In this document: positions 19,313 through 28,931 of the stretch, in pieces | Numbering within the stretch: the stretch's first letter is position 1 | Layout: every line of letters starts with the position of its first letter | Assembly (NCBI GenBank): GCA_050185175.1 | Contig: JBFWZR010000008.1 | Location: 2,659 to 66,658, forward strand | DNA length: 64,000 nucleotides | Direction of reading: 5' to 3' | Source: Cyclobacteriaceae bacterium | GTDB lineage: Bacteria > Bacteroidota > Bacteroidia > Cytophagales > Cyclobacteriaceae | Program-made: the position numbers and the translations under genes | Notes under the pieces: model-generated | What the model was told of the DNA's origin: nothing | Seen by the model: the letters and a program-made list of their open reading frames with translations, nothing else | The model's database searches: none

Positions 19313-20755
19313 ATGCAGAAGATTCTCAACTACATTGATGGAAAACTCGTTGAGCCGGTTTCCGGCCAATGGATCGACAATTACAATCCTGCAGAAGGAA
19401 AAATCTATTCACAGATTGCAGATTCAGATGAGAAAGATGTAGCCACAGCTGTCGAGGCTGCACGCAAAGCATTTCCAATCTGGTCGGAGATGTCGGCATC
19501 GGATCGTTCTAATATCTTACTAAAGATTTCAGAAGGTATCGATCGCAACTTTGAGACCCTGGCGAAAGCCGAGAGTGAAGACAACGGTAAACCATTGAAG
19601 CTTGCTAAGGCCATGGATATCCCAAGAGCTTCCGCCAACATGAGATTTTTTGCTACTGCAATTCTTCACACTGAAACGCAAGCACACCAGACGGATCAAG
19701 AGGCAATCAACTACACGATGCGGTCTCCGCTGGGGGTTGTTGGCTGCATCTCACCATGGAATCTTCCTTTGTATTTGTTCACATGGAAAATCGCTCCTGC
19801 ATTGGCAGCAGGATGCACTGTGGTTGCGAAGCCATCAGAGCTTACGCCAATGACTGCATTTCTGTTTACAAAAATTTGTATTGACGCGGGCTTGCCATCT
19901 GGTGTTTTGAATGTTGTTCATGGCCTCGGATCAAAAGCCGGGCAAGCTATTATTGAACACCCTGATGTGGTTGGCATTTCGTTCACGGGGGGGACAGTGA
20001 CCGGAAAAAAAATTGCAGCCACCGCAGCTCCCATGTTTAAAAAGCTTTCACTAGAGTTGGGCGGTAAAAACCCCAATATCATTTTTGGGGATTGTGATTT
20101 CGAGCAAGCTGTATCTACTTCCATCAGTTCATCTTTTTCTAATCAAGGTGAAATATGTTTATGTGGATCAAGAATTTTGGTAGAGCGTCCGCTGTATCAA
20201 AAATTTGTAGATGAGTTTGTTAAACGAGCGAGTGCGCTGGCAGTGGGAGATCCGTTTGAAGAGGAGACAAGAGTTGGTGCTCTGGTGTCAGAGGCTCACA
20301 TGAAGAAGGTGTTATCATACATTGATCTTGCTAAGCAGGAGGGGGGCGAAGTAGTGGCCGGAGGTAAGCAAGTCAAATTGGAAGGACGTTGCAAGGAGGG
20401 CTACTTCGTGCAACCTACGGTGATTCTCGGATTGGATCATCAGTGCAGGACAAACCAGGAAGAAATTTTTGGCCCGGTTGTCACTATCATGCCTTTTGAC
20501 AAAGAAGAGGAAGCGATCACTTTCGCCAACAGTACCGCCTACGGACTTTCAGCAACACTGTGGACAGAAAATCTAAAGCGTGCCCATCGTGTTTCTCATC
20601 ATTTGAAAAGTGGAATCATTTGGGTGAATTGCTGGCTGTTGCGTGACTTGAGAACACCATTCGGTGGCATGAAGCAGTCTGGAGTAGGAAGAGAAGGAGG
20701 TTGGGAGGCGTTGCGATTCTTTACTGAGCAGAAAAACATCTGCATCAAGCTATAG
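19313..20755 (+). CDS. NAD-dependent aldehyde dehydrogenase, 2-hydroxy/2-aminomuconate semialdehyde dehydrogenase-like
   Basis: ELGGKNP and the catalytic-Cys context FSNQGEICLCGSR are present. DIPRASANMRFFA resembles the XylG/DmpC/AMSDH subgroup. Confidence 0.8.
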   Translation: MQKILNYIDGKLVEPVSGQWIDNYNPAEGKIYSQIADSDEKDVATAVEAARKAFPIWSEMSASDRSNILLKISEGIDRNFETLAKAESEDNGKPLKLAKAMDIPRASANMRFFATAILHTETQAHQTDQEAINYTMRSPLGVVGCISPWNLPLYLFTWKIAPALAAGCTVVAKPSELTPMTAFLFTKICIDAGLPSGVLNVVHGLGSKAGQAIIEHPDVVGISFTGGTVTGKKIAATAAPMFKKLSLELGGKNPNIIFGDCDFEQAVSTSISSSFSNQGEICLCGSRILVERPLYQKFVDEFVKRASALAVGDPFEEETRVGALVSEAHMKKVLSYIDLAKQEGGEVVAGGKQVKLEGRCKEGYFVQPTVILGLDHQCRTNQEEIFGPVVTIMPFDKEEEAITFANSTAYGLSATLWTENLKRAHRVSHHLKSGIIWVNCWLLRDLRTPFGGMKQSGVGREGGWEALRFFTEQKNICIKL

Positions 20756-20770
20756 GTTTCACTATCCTTT

Positions 20771-21424
20771 ATGGATTTCTTTAAGATTGATTCCGTATTC
20801 TTCACCATTCTTGGATACGCGATGAGTTTTTTGGAGTTCACCGCGGTGATCTTCGGGTTGATGGCGGTTTGGTTGTCCGCCCGAGCAAATATTTGGAGTT
20901 GGCCTTTGGGGATCGTCAATGTTACTCTCGCTGGTATATTCTATTACCAGATTCAACTCTATCCAGACATGTTTCTTCAGGTTTTCTTTTTTGTAACCAA
21001 TCTTTTGGGGTGGTGGCGATGGTCTCACCCTGAGCCAGGTGAAGAAGACAAGAAAAAGGAGCTGCGCATCAGTAGAATGGATTGGAAGCAGTTTTTAATT
21101 GTTGTTTTGATAGGAATTGTTGGAACGGGGGTAATGGGTGCGCTGGCGAGCAGATTGCATGAATGGCTTCCCAATTTTTTCAGTTTACCAAGCGCATATC
21201 CTTATACTGACTCATTTATCCTGGTCATGAGCATTACCACAACGTTTTTGATGGTGCAGAAAAAAGTGGAGTGTTGGATTATCTGGATTTTGATTGATGT
21301 GGTAGCTACCTATCTGTATTTTATTAAAGGTGCAATGTTCTTTAGCCTGGAGTATTTGATATTCACAATACTCGCCTCGATGGGACTGTGGCACTGGGCA
21401 AAGGAGTTTCGATCTTACACATGA
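20771..21424 (+). CDS. pnuC: nicotinamide riboside transporter PnuC
   Basis: The 217-aa product has about 7 TM segments. The N-terminal LEFTAVIFGLMAVWLSARANIWSWPLGIVN and LLGWWRW motifs are typical of the PnuC family. Confidence 0.8.
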   Translation: MDFFKIDSVFFTILGYAMSFLEFTAVIFGLMAVWLSARANIWSWPLGIVNVTLAGIFYYQIQLYPDMFLQVFFFVTNLLGWWRWSHPEPGEEDKKKELRISRMDWKQFLIVVLIGIVGTGVMGALASRLHEWLPNFFSLPSAYPYTDSFILVMSITTTFLMVQKKVECWIIWILIDVVATYLYFIKGAMFFSLEYLIFTILASMGLWHWAKEFRSYT

Positions 21425-21942
21425 TCAAGGTTTGCTTTTATGGCGCAGAGAGTACAGGCAAGTCTACCATGGCGAGGCGCGTGGCCGAAGCCTATTGTAC
21501 AAGGTTTGTTCCGGAAGTTGCTCGTGAAATCGTTTCAGCCAATGATTTCACAGCTGATGATGTTATTAAAATAGGTCACGCACAAACTGATCGCATCGCC
21601 AGTTTAGAAATGCTTGCGTACCGCATACTCATCTGCGACACCGACTTGATTACTACTCAGATTTACTCGAAACACTATCTGGGTATTGTTCCGGAAATTC
21701 TTTATGAGCTTGAATCACAAGTTCATTATGATCGTTACTTTCTTTTTGATATAGATGTGCCCTGGGTAGCGGATGGTTTGCGTGACTTGCAAAATCAAAG
21801 AGAACATATGCACAGCATTTTTAAGAATGAGCTGGAGACTCGTGGAATTGACTTCGTGCCCGTTTGTGGAGATTGGGAAGAGCGGTATCAGATTATCGTG
21901 TCTGAGATAGCTCGTCTGCTACGCGAATCAAAAGAACTTTAA
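21421..21942 (+). CDS. NadR-type AAA ATPase / ribosylnicotinamide kinase-like protein
   Basis: Walker A is GAESTGKST. The product resembles the NadR C-terminal RNK domain. Its ATG overlaps the pnuC stop (ATGA). The ORF-track start at 21388 is an upstream GTG. Confidence 0.7.
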   Translation: MIKVCFYGAESTGKSTMARRVAEAYCTRFVPEVAREIVSANDFTADDVIKIGHAQTDRIASLEMLAYRILICDTDLITTQIYSKHYLGIVPEILYELESQVHYDRYFLFDIDVPWVADGLRDLQNQREHMHSIFKNELETRGIDFVPVCGDWEERYQIIVSEIARLLRESKEL

Positions 21943-23697
21943 CTTCCGCCAGTTTATAACGAGTATCCAACACCCGATGGCAGCCACCATGCCTGCTACA
22001 ATTGCCGGCAACAAATTGCCATACAACCAGAAGCCCAACGAAAATAAGACACCGTAAACAGTTACTGATCCGGATACCATCATCATGATTTCCATGGGCA
22101 GTTGTCCTTTCTCTTCTGTCAAGTCTGGATTTTGATCTAAGACAGGTTTCCAGCCGATAGAACTAGGTCTCACTTTGCTGTAAAAGGATTTTAAAACTTC
22201 ATTTGATTCAGGCTGGGTGAGTAGCGTCACGACAATCCATGATAACGTGGTGACGGCAACACCAAAGAGCAAACGCCAGTGACCCTCTATTGGCGAGAAG
22301 AAATGTTCGTGAATCAGTTCAAAATAAATTGCCACAAGAAAGGACATTACCATTCCAGTGATTTCTGTGTAGGTGTTGATACGCCACCAAAACCAACGTA
22401 GAATAAAGATCAGACCAGTACCTGCTCCGATTTGTAAAAGGATATTGAATGCCTGCAATGCATTGCTCAATAGCAAGGCGATGAGAGCCGAGATAATGGC
22501 AAGTACGAGTGTGGACAATCTGCCAATGGCTACCAGCTTCTTTTCAGATGCATTGGGGTCAATGAATCGTTTGTAAAAATCATGCACTACATACGATGAA
22601 CCCCAATTGAGATGTGTGGAGATGGTAGACATATATGCAGCGACCAAAGATGCGATCAGTATTCCCAATAAACCTGTTGGTAAAAATGTGAGCATGGCAG
22701 GATAAGCGAGATCGTCATTGATTTTATCTGCCGGAATGTGTGGAAAAGTTTTCTGAAGTGAAGCCAGATCTGGGAAAACGATCAGCGATGCCAGTGCAAT
22801 GAGTATCCATGGCCACGGCCTCAACGCATAGTGCGCAACGTTAAAAACTAATGTGGCTGTCAGAGCATTTTTCTCATCTTTTGCCGACAACATACGTTGG
22901 GCAATGTACCCACCACCACCCGGCTCAGCACCCGGATACCACACGCTCCACCACTGAACGGCCAACGGTAGGATTAATAAAGGAATCAACGTTGTTGAAT
23001 CCGAGAAGTCGGGAAGAAATGAAAGCTTGTTGCTAACTATTGGCTGTTCGAAAAGATGATTGAGTCCGCCAATCATGGGTAATTCAATTAGGTAAATGGC
23101 TGCAGCGACCGAGCCAACCATGGCGAAGAGAAACTGAAAGAAGTCTGTGATCAATACACTTCGCAATCCACCAAGGGAACTATAAACAACAGTGACGATT
23201 GTGGCGATCGATAATGTTTGGACAGGCGTAAGACCCATCAGTACGCCACCAATCTTGATTGCGGCCAACGACACAGAGGCCATGATTACGATGTTGAAGA
23301 AAACACCAAGATATATTGCACGAAATCCTCTGAGGAAGGCAGCAGACTTTCCTCCATACCTCAATTCATAAAATTCTAAATCGGTCATCACACCTGATCG
23401 TCTCCAAAGTTTTGAATAGACAAAAACGGTGAGCATGCCAGTAAGAAGAAAAGCCCACCATACCCAGTTACCTGAGACACCATTTTTCCTTACGATATCG
23501 GTAACGAGGTTGGGTGTGTCTGCGGAAAAAGTAGTGGCTACCATCGAGATGCCCAACAACCACCAGGGCATACTCCTGCTGGAGAGGAAATATTCATTGG
23601 CACTTTGCCCGGCTCTTTTGCTGTTGAGCAGGCCGATGATAAGTGTGGCGGTAAAGAATCCGATTATAATTATCCAATCTGTAAGGGCGAGTACCAT
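21928..23697 (-). CDS. sodium:solute symporter (SSS) family transporter
   Basis: The 589-aa product has about 13-14 TM segments. The N-terminal EYFLSSRSMPWWLLGISMVATTFSADTP is typical of the SSS family. Confidence 0.85.
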   Translation of the reverse strand: MVLALTDWIIIIGFFTATLIIGLLNSKRAGQSANEYFLSSRSMPWWLLGISMVATTFSADTPNLVTDIVRKNGVSGNWVWWAFLLTGMLTVFVYSKLWRRSGVMTDLEFYELRYGGKSAAFLRGFRAIYLGVFFNIVIMASVSLAAIKIGGVLMGLTPVQTLSIATIVTVVYSSLGGLRSVLITDFFQFLFAMVGSVAAAIYLIELPMIGGLNHLFEQPIVSNKLSFLPDFSDSTTLIPLLILPLAVQWWSVWYPGAEPGGGGYIAQRMLSAKDEKNALTATLVFNVAHYALRPWPWILIALASLIVFPDLASLQKTFPHIPADKINDDLAYPAMLTFLPTGLLGILIASLVAAYMSTISTHLNWGSSYVVHDFYKRFIDPNASEKKLVAIGRLSTLVLAIISALIALLLSNALQAFNILLQIGAGTGLIFILRWFWWRINTYTEITGMVMSFLVAIYFELIHEHFFSPIEGHWRLLFGVAVTTLSWIVVTLLTQPESNEVLKSFYSKVRPSSIGWKPVLDQNPDLTEEKGQLPMEIMMMVSGSVTVYGVLFSLGFWLYGNLLPAIVAGMVAAIGCWILVINWRKLKFF

Positions 23698-23787
23698 TCG
23701 TATCGATTTAGGTGCAAATAAGTTGAAGTAATCAGATTCTTTTTTCGATTTTCGCAGTCGATTTTAAACGAAATAATTCACAGTTCA

Positions 23788-24696
23788 ATGAATCAATCTA
23801 AAAAACTGAGTCTTTTGGTGATGGCGGCAGGAATGGGAAGCCGCTATGGTGGGATAAAACAGATAGACGGTTTCGGCCCGAATGGAGAGACAATCATGGA
23901 TTATTCATTATTTGATGCCATCCGGTCTGGTTTTACAAAGATTGTTTTTGTAGTGAGAGAAGAAATTCTTGACGCTGTGAAAGAAATGTTTTTACCAAGA
24001 CTTGAGGGAAAAGCAGAAGTACACTTTGTGATTCAATCGCTGGATAGATTCGTGCCTAAAGAACATTTGCCGGTGAATCGTCAAAAACCCTGGGGCACTA
24101 CGCATGCGATGCTTTGCGGAAAAGAAGTGATTAATGAACCCTTTGCCGTGATCAATGCAGATGATTTTTATGGAAGGGCATCGTTCGAGTCTCTCGCTAA
24201 TTTTTTGAATAGCGCTCAACCTGGCAATCAGGCAATGGTTGGCTATATATTGAAAGATGTCTTGTCAGAATATGGAGGCGTGTCACGCGGAGTAGCTAAC
24301 CAGGCAAGCGATGGCATGTTGATCTCGCTGTCGGAGTTGACGAAAATTGTGAAGGAAAATGGTAAGATAATTTCGAAAGAAGAGTCTGGTGATCGTGAAC
24401 TGGCACCTGACCTCAAAGTATCAATGAACTCCTGGGGTTTTCTTCCGGAAGTCTTTGATCTTTCTGAAAAGATGTTTGTTGAATTTGTCGAGAAAAACAA
24501 AGACAATCCGAAAGCTGAGTTTTATATCGCACTGATGGTAACAGAGCTGATCAGACTTGGCTTGGGAAAAGTACATATCATTCCCGGTGGCACAACCTGG
24601 TTTGGTGTCACCTACCAGCAAGACAAAGAAGAAGTGTCAGGGAAAATTAAAGCGCTTATTGATCAGGGCGTATATCCAGAAAAGTTGTGGAACTAA
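23788..24696 (+). CDS. sugar-phosphate nucleotidyltransferase (NTP_transferase fold)
   Basis: The N-terminal pyrophosphorylase loop is LLVMAAGMGSRYGG. VINADDFYG is also present. The product is 302 aa. Confidence 0.7.
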   Translation: MNQSKKLSLLVMAAGMGSRYGGIKQIDGFGPNGETIMDYSLFDAIRSGFTKIVFVVREEILDAVKEMFLPRLEGKAEVHFVIQSLDRFVPKEHLPVNRQKPWGTTHAMLCGKEVINEPFAVINADDFYGRASFESLANFLNSAQPGNQAMVGYILKDVLSEYGGVSRGVANQASDGMLISLSELTKIVKENGKIISKEESGDRELAPDLKVSMNSWGFLPEVFDLSEKMFVEFVEKNKDNPKAEFYIALMVTELIRLGLGKVHIIPGGTTWFGVTYQQDKEEVSGKIKALIDQGVYPEKLWN

Positions 24697-25712
24697 CCCA
24701 ACTAGTTGCTGCGGTTCTAGACCAATATAATATTAGCCCGAGTGCATCAACTCCAGTTAGGATTGGATCAGGGCATATCAACGACACGTTTTCAATAGGA
24801 GAAAAATTCGTTCTCCAGCGACTTAATACCAACATTTTTAAAAAGCCTGAGGCAATATCGAACAACCTGTCGATCGCTTCATCGCACTTGAAGAATGTCG
24901 AACCGGATTATCTTTTTCTGGAACCTTATCGCAATCGAAAAGGTGATCTGCTTACGCGCGATGCAGCGGGTGGCTACTGGCGGTTATTTGATTATATCGA
25001 GCAAGGTGTCTCTGTTAATGAGATTTCAAATAGCGATCAGGCGTTTCAAGCAGCAAAGGCATTTGGAAAACTAACTCGCCTGCTTGAGACAAGTGATATT
25101 TCAAAGTATCAAGCAACGATCGAGAAGTTCCATGACTTAAGATGGAGGTGGAAGCAATTCGAAAGTGCGTTGATTAATGCTGAGAAATCCAGGAAGTTAG
25201 AGGGAGAGGAAGCGATTGCTGCGTATCTCGGATTTAAGACACTCGTGAATGAATACGAGTCGTTGATTCAGTCTGGCTTGCTTCAACTTCACATCACGCA
25301 CAACGATACTAAGATTAACAATGTCTTATTTAATGCTGAATTATCAGATGTACTCTGCGTAATAGATCTTGACACGCTTATGCCAGGATACTTCATCTAC
25401 GATCTTGGTGATATGGTTCGAACGTTTTCGAGCCCCGTGTCAGAGGAAGAAAGCGATTATTCGAAAATTCAAGTTCGTAAAGATGTGCTCGAGTCAACCT
25501 ACGAGGGCTATTTGAGTGAGATGGGGGAAATTTTATCAAAAGAGGAACTTGAGGTACTGCCCAGGGCTGGTGCGATGATGACGTTTGTGATCGGGCTACG
25601 TTTTTTAACTGACTATCTCAGTGGCGATACTTACTACAAGACTTCGTATTCCGGTCAAAATCTCGTTCGCGCTACTAATCAGCTTGTTCTGCTTCAACAA
25701 CTGATTGGCTGA
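24687..25712 (+). CDS. phosphotransferase (APH/choline-kinase fold) family kinase
   Basis: The Brenner motif is HNDTKINNVLF (HxDxxxxN), followed by the Mg-binding VIDLDT. The GTG start overlaps the upstream stop by 10 nt. Confidence 0.75.
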   Translation: MELTQLVAAVLDQYNISPSASTPVRIGSGHINDTFSIGEKFVLQRLNTNIFKKPEAISNNLSIASSHLKNVEPDYLFLEPYRNRKGDLLTRDAAGGYWRLFDYIEQGVSVNEISNSDQAFQAAKAFGKLTRLLETSDISKYQATIEKFHDLRWRWKQFESALINAEKSRKLEGEEAIAAYLGFKTLVNEYESLIQSGLLQLHITHNDTKINNVLFNAELSDVLCVIDLDTLMPGYFIYDLGDMVRTFSSPVSEEESDYSKIQVRKDVLESTYEGYLSEMGEILSKEELEVLPRAGAMMTFVIGLRFLTDYLSGDTYYKTSYSGQNLVRATNQLVLLQQLIG

Positions 25713-25778
25713 CCGCTGCCCAATATTCAATTTCAATTGGTGCCCGGAAACTTTATATTTGGTTAAGCCCATACAACT

Positions 25779-26495
25779 ATGAAAACACTTTTGTTGATTT
25801 ACCTGTCTATTTGCCCTTTGTTCTCTTCGTTAACTGATTCCGAACATGCCCTCGCGAATGACTTGCTTGGAGCATGGGAAATTTCAAAAGGCGATACCAA
25901 GGGACTTTGGATAATTACTGATAAACACTTCTCAATTACGTACTACAAGGCAGATGAGTATCTCTCCACGGAAGGAGGAGAATGGGAGACCGCGTCTAAT
26001 GGTGATATAGAAGTGATGTGGGAATACAATACGCAGACGCCTGATCTGATTGGTACAAATAAAAACATATCTGTAAAACAAAAAGGATCGAACCTGACTG
26101 CCGATGGAACCCAATGGAAAAGAGTAGATAGTGGTACTCCCGGCAAACTTGAGGGGGCGTGGTTGATCACTGGCCGCTATCGAGACGGTGAACTGACGGA
26201 ACGAACACCAGGTGTAAGGCGCACAATGAAGATTTTGTCAGGAACTAAATTTCAATGGATCGCCTACAATGTAGAGACGAAAGAATTTTTTGGTACTGGT
26301 GGAGGGTCGTACACAACCAAAGACGGTAAGTACACAGAAAATATTGAATTCTTTTCTCGCGACAATTCGCGCGTTGGCGCTAGTCTCCAATTTGACTATG
26401 CCCTGGAAAATGGGAAGTGGAGGCATAGCGGCAAAAGCAGCAAAGGTGATCCGCTGGATGAGGTGTGGACAAAGCGTGATGTGCTCGGAATTTAG
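25779..26495 (+). CDS. hypothetical secreted protein with internal duplication
   Basis: It has a signal peptide. Two about 100-aa halves each begin L(L/E)GAW and end W(K/T)(R/K)xD. I am not sure of any family assignment. Confidence 0.5.
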   Translation: MKTLLLIYLSICPLFSSLTDSEHALANDLLGAWEISKGDTKGLWIITDKHFSITYYKADEYLSTEGGEWETASNGDIEVMWEYNTQTPDLIGTNKNISVKQKGSNLTADGTQWKRVDSGTPGKLEGAWLITGRYRDGELTERTPGVRRTMKILSGTKFQWIAYNVETKEFFGTGGGSYTTKDGKYTENIEFFSRDNSRVGASLQFDYALENGKWRHSGKSSKGDPLDEVWTKRDVLGI

Positions 26496-26508
26496 TTAAT
26501 CATCATTC

Positions 26509-28005
26509 ATGATATTTTTCTCTATGAACAGATCTGTGCGGGTCGTGTGCGCAGTGTTGCTATGGTCGGTTGTAGTACAAGCACAGCCCAATACTGCCCC
26601 TAAGACCTATGGAAATCAAATCTTAGCGGACAACCTAAGAAAATATCTATCAGTCATAGCAGCCGATTCAATGGAGGGTAGAGCAACAGGGTCACACGGG
26701 CAGGCCATGGCAGCTGATTACATTAAATCACATTTCAAAAAAATTGGACTTGATCCAATCACCTCTGATTTCTATCAAAAGGTTCCTCTCTTTGCGATGG
26801 CGCCAGGTCGATCAGCTCTATCTGCCAGTGAATATCAATTTTCAAATTTTAAAGACTTCGCATACCTGGGTATCGGACCAGCAAAAAAAGATCGAGTTCC
26901 ATTGATCTATGTTGCTAATGATAATATCTCGGTAGCTGAGGATCTTGATATCGATGGAAAAGCTGTTTTGATAGTTAGTAATAAGCGAAGCAATGAACTT
27001 CCAGTTCAAAATCTTTTGGATCGTGGTGCGGCACTTGTAATGTTATGTATTTCTAAAGATGATCAGTCATTTCTTCAATACGCGGGACGAATACAGAGTC
27101 ATCTTGAGTCCTCTCGGCCATCGCTTAACAAACCCGAGGCGACTTCCGAGTTTGAATCTCTTGTTTTTGTTTCTCCGTCTTTCGTGGAAAAACTGTTCAA
27201 AGCCCCGTTTGACAAACTGAAATCCATTGCTGATCGATCGGACCTAGAAAAGATTGAGCCTTCACAAATTAGCTATGAGCTGCGTAATGAAATCAAAGAG
27301 ATTGAAACTGGAAATGTACTTGGGTTTCTGGAGGGTACTGATCGCAAGAATGACGTAATCGTTGTCACTGCACACTATGATCATATTGGTGTGCTGGAAG
27401 CTGGTAATGGTGACCGAATCAATAACGGAGCTGACGATGATGGATCAGGGACCGTAGCGGTGATGGAACTGGCCAGAGTTTTTGCGAAAGCTAAAAAAGA
27501 GGGCAACGGACCCCGCAGAAGCATTTTGTTTATGACGGTGACAGCTGAAGAAATTGGTTTGTTCGGTTCTTACTATTATACAGAGAACCCAATCATTCCG
27601 CTTGATCAAACAATGGTCAATCTTAATATTGACATGATCGGAAGGACAGATGGGGCACACAGCGAAACACCGGAGTACGTCTACGTGATCGGAGCGGACA
27701 AATTATCGAAGGAGTTGAACGCAGTGAGTGAAAACACAAATCAGCAAAACACCAACCTGATGTTTGACTATACTTACAATGACGTTAGCCATCCGTCCAA
27801 TCTTTACAAACGATCAGATCACTGGAACTTTGCTAAGAATGATATTCCGATCATTTTTTATTTTGATGGTATTCATCAGGACTATCATCGTCCCTCTGAT
27901 GAAATCGAATTGATTGAGTTTCCTTTGTTTGAAAAGAGGACCAGGCTCATATTCTATACCACCTGGGAATTGGCCAATCGCGATAAAAAGATTACTGTTG
28001 ACTAG
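26509..28005 (+). CDS. M28 family metallopeptidase (aminopeptidase)
   Basis: VVTAHYDHIG, NGADDDGSGTVAVMELA, TAEEIGLFGS, NIDMIG and HQDYHRPSD form the M28 zinc-ligand pattern. Confidence 0.85.
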   Translation: MIFFSMNRSVRVVCAVLLWSVVVQAQPNTAPKTYGNQILADNLRKYLSVIAADSMEGRATGSHGQAMAADYIKSHFKKIGLDPITSDFYQKVPLFAMAPGRSALSASEYQFSNFKDFAYLGIGPAKKDRVPLIYVANDNISVAEDLDIDGKAVLIVSNKRSNELPVQNLLDRGAALVMLCISKDDQSFLQYAGRIQSHLESSRPSLNKPEATSEFESLVFVSPSFVEKLFKAPFDKLKSIADRSDLEKIEPSQISYELRNEIKEIETGNVLGFLEGTDRKNDVIVVTAHYDHIGVLEAGNGDRINNGADDDGSGTVAVMELARVFAKAKKEGNGPRRSILFMTVTAEEIGLFGSYYYTENPIIPLDQTMVNLNIDMIGRTDGAHSETPEYVYVIGADKLSKELNAVSENTNQQNTNLMFDYTYNDVSHPSNLYKRSDHWNFAKNDIPIIFYFDGIHQDYHRPSDEIELIEFPLFEKRTRLIFYTTWELANRDKKITVD

Positions 28006-28009
28006 TGAT

Positions 28010-28897
28010 TTAGTCCATCGGCACATTCACGTGCCGCTCTGCATGGTATGAAGATCTTACCAAAGGACCTGACTCAACATACTTGATGCCACGCTTCAAT
28101 CCTTCTTCCCTGTACATGGCAAATGTATCAGGATGTATATATTCTGCTACCTCTAAATGCATTTTGGTGGGTTGAAGGTATTGACCTAGAGTGAGAATCA
28201 TCAGTCCATTCTCCACAAGGTCATCCATCGCTTTGAAAACTTCTTCTTTAGTCTCTCCCACGCCCAGCATGATTCCCGACTTGGTTCGTTTTCCAGCAGC
28301 TCTGGTTCTTTTTATTTGCTCCAGGCTTCTGTCATACTTTGCTTGTGGACGGACGATACGGTACATCCGTCCTACGGTTTCCATATTATGCGACACTACT
28401 TCCTGTCCACCTTCGATCATCCTGTCCAATGCTTCCCAGTTTCCCTTTACATCTGGGATTAGTGTTTCGATGGTTGTCTCTGGGCTTGCCTTTTTCGTTT
28501 CCACTACCGTCTGATACCATATCTCAGCGCCACGATCTTTGAGTTCATCACGATTCACGGATGTAATCACCGCGTGCTTTACACCCATTAGTTTGATCGC
28601 TTCAGCTACTCGCTTGGGTTCCTCTGTATCATATTCCGGTGGTCTTCCTGTGGCAACAGCGCAGAACGTACAACTGCGTGTACATACATTGCCAAGTATC
28701 ATAAAAGTGGCCGTGCCTGCACCCCAGCATTCGCCCATGTTAGGACAATTTCCACTTTCGCAAATGGTGTGCAGCTTATAGTTATCAACCAACTTGCGGA
28801 CTTTTGCATATTCCGGGCCAACCGGAAGCTTTACGCGAAGCCAGTTCGGTTTGCGTTTGCGGGTCTCTTCTGCTGATATGACGGGAAGGTCGATCAC
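28010..28897 (-). CDS. lipA: lipoyl synthase
   Basis: The radical-SAM motif is CTRSCTFC and the auxiliary cluster motif is [12 protein letters not shown]. The product is 295 aa. Confidence 0.95.
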   Translation of the reverse strand: MIDLPVISAEETRKRKPNWLRVKLPVGPEYAKVRKLVDNYKLHTICESGNCPNMGECWGAGTATFMILGNVCTRSCTFCAVATGRPPEYDTEEPKRVAEAIKLMGVKHAVITSVNRDELKDRGAEIWYQTVVETKKASPETTIETLIPDVKGNWEALDRMIEGGQEVVSHNMETVGRMYRIVRPQAKYDRSLEQIKRTRAAGKRTKSGIMLGVGETKEEVFKAMDDLVENGLMILTLGQYLQPTKMHLEVAEYIHPDTFAMYREEGLKRGIKYVESGPLVRSSYHAERHVNVPMD

Positions 28898-28931
28898 TTC
28901 GGTTAATTAATAACTTCGAAAGGATAACAGT

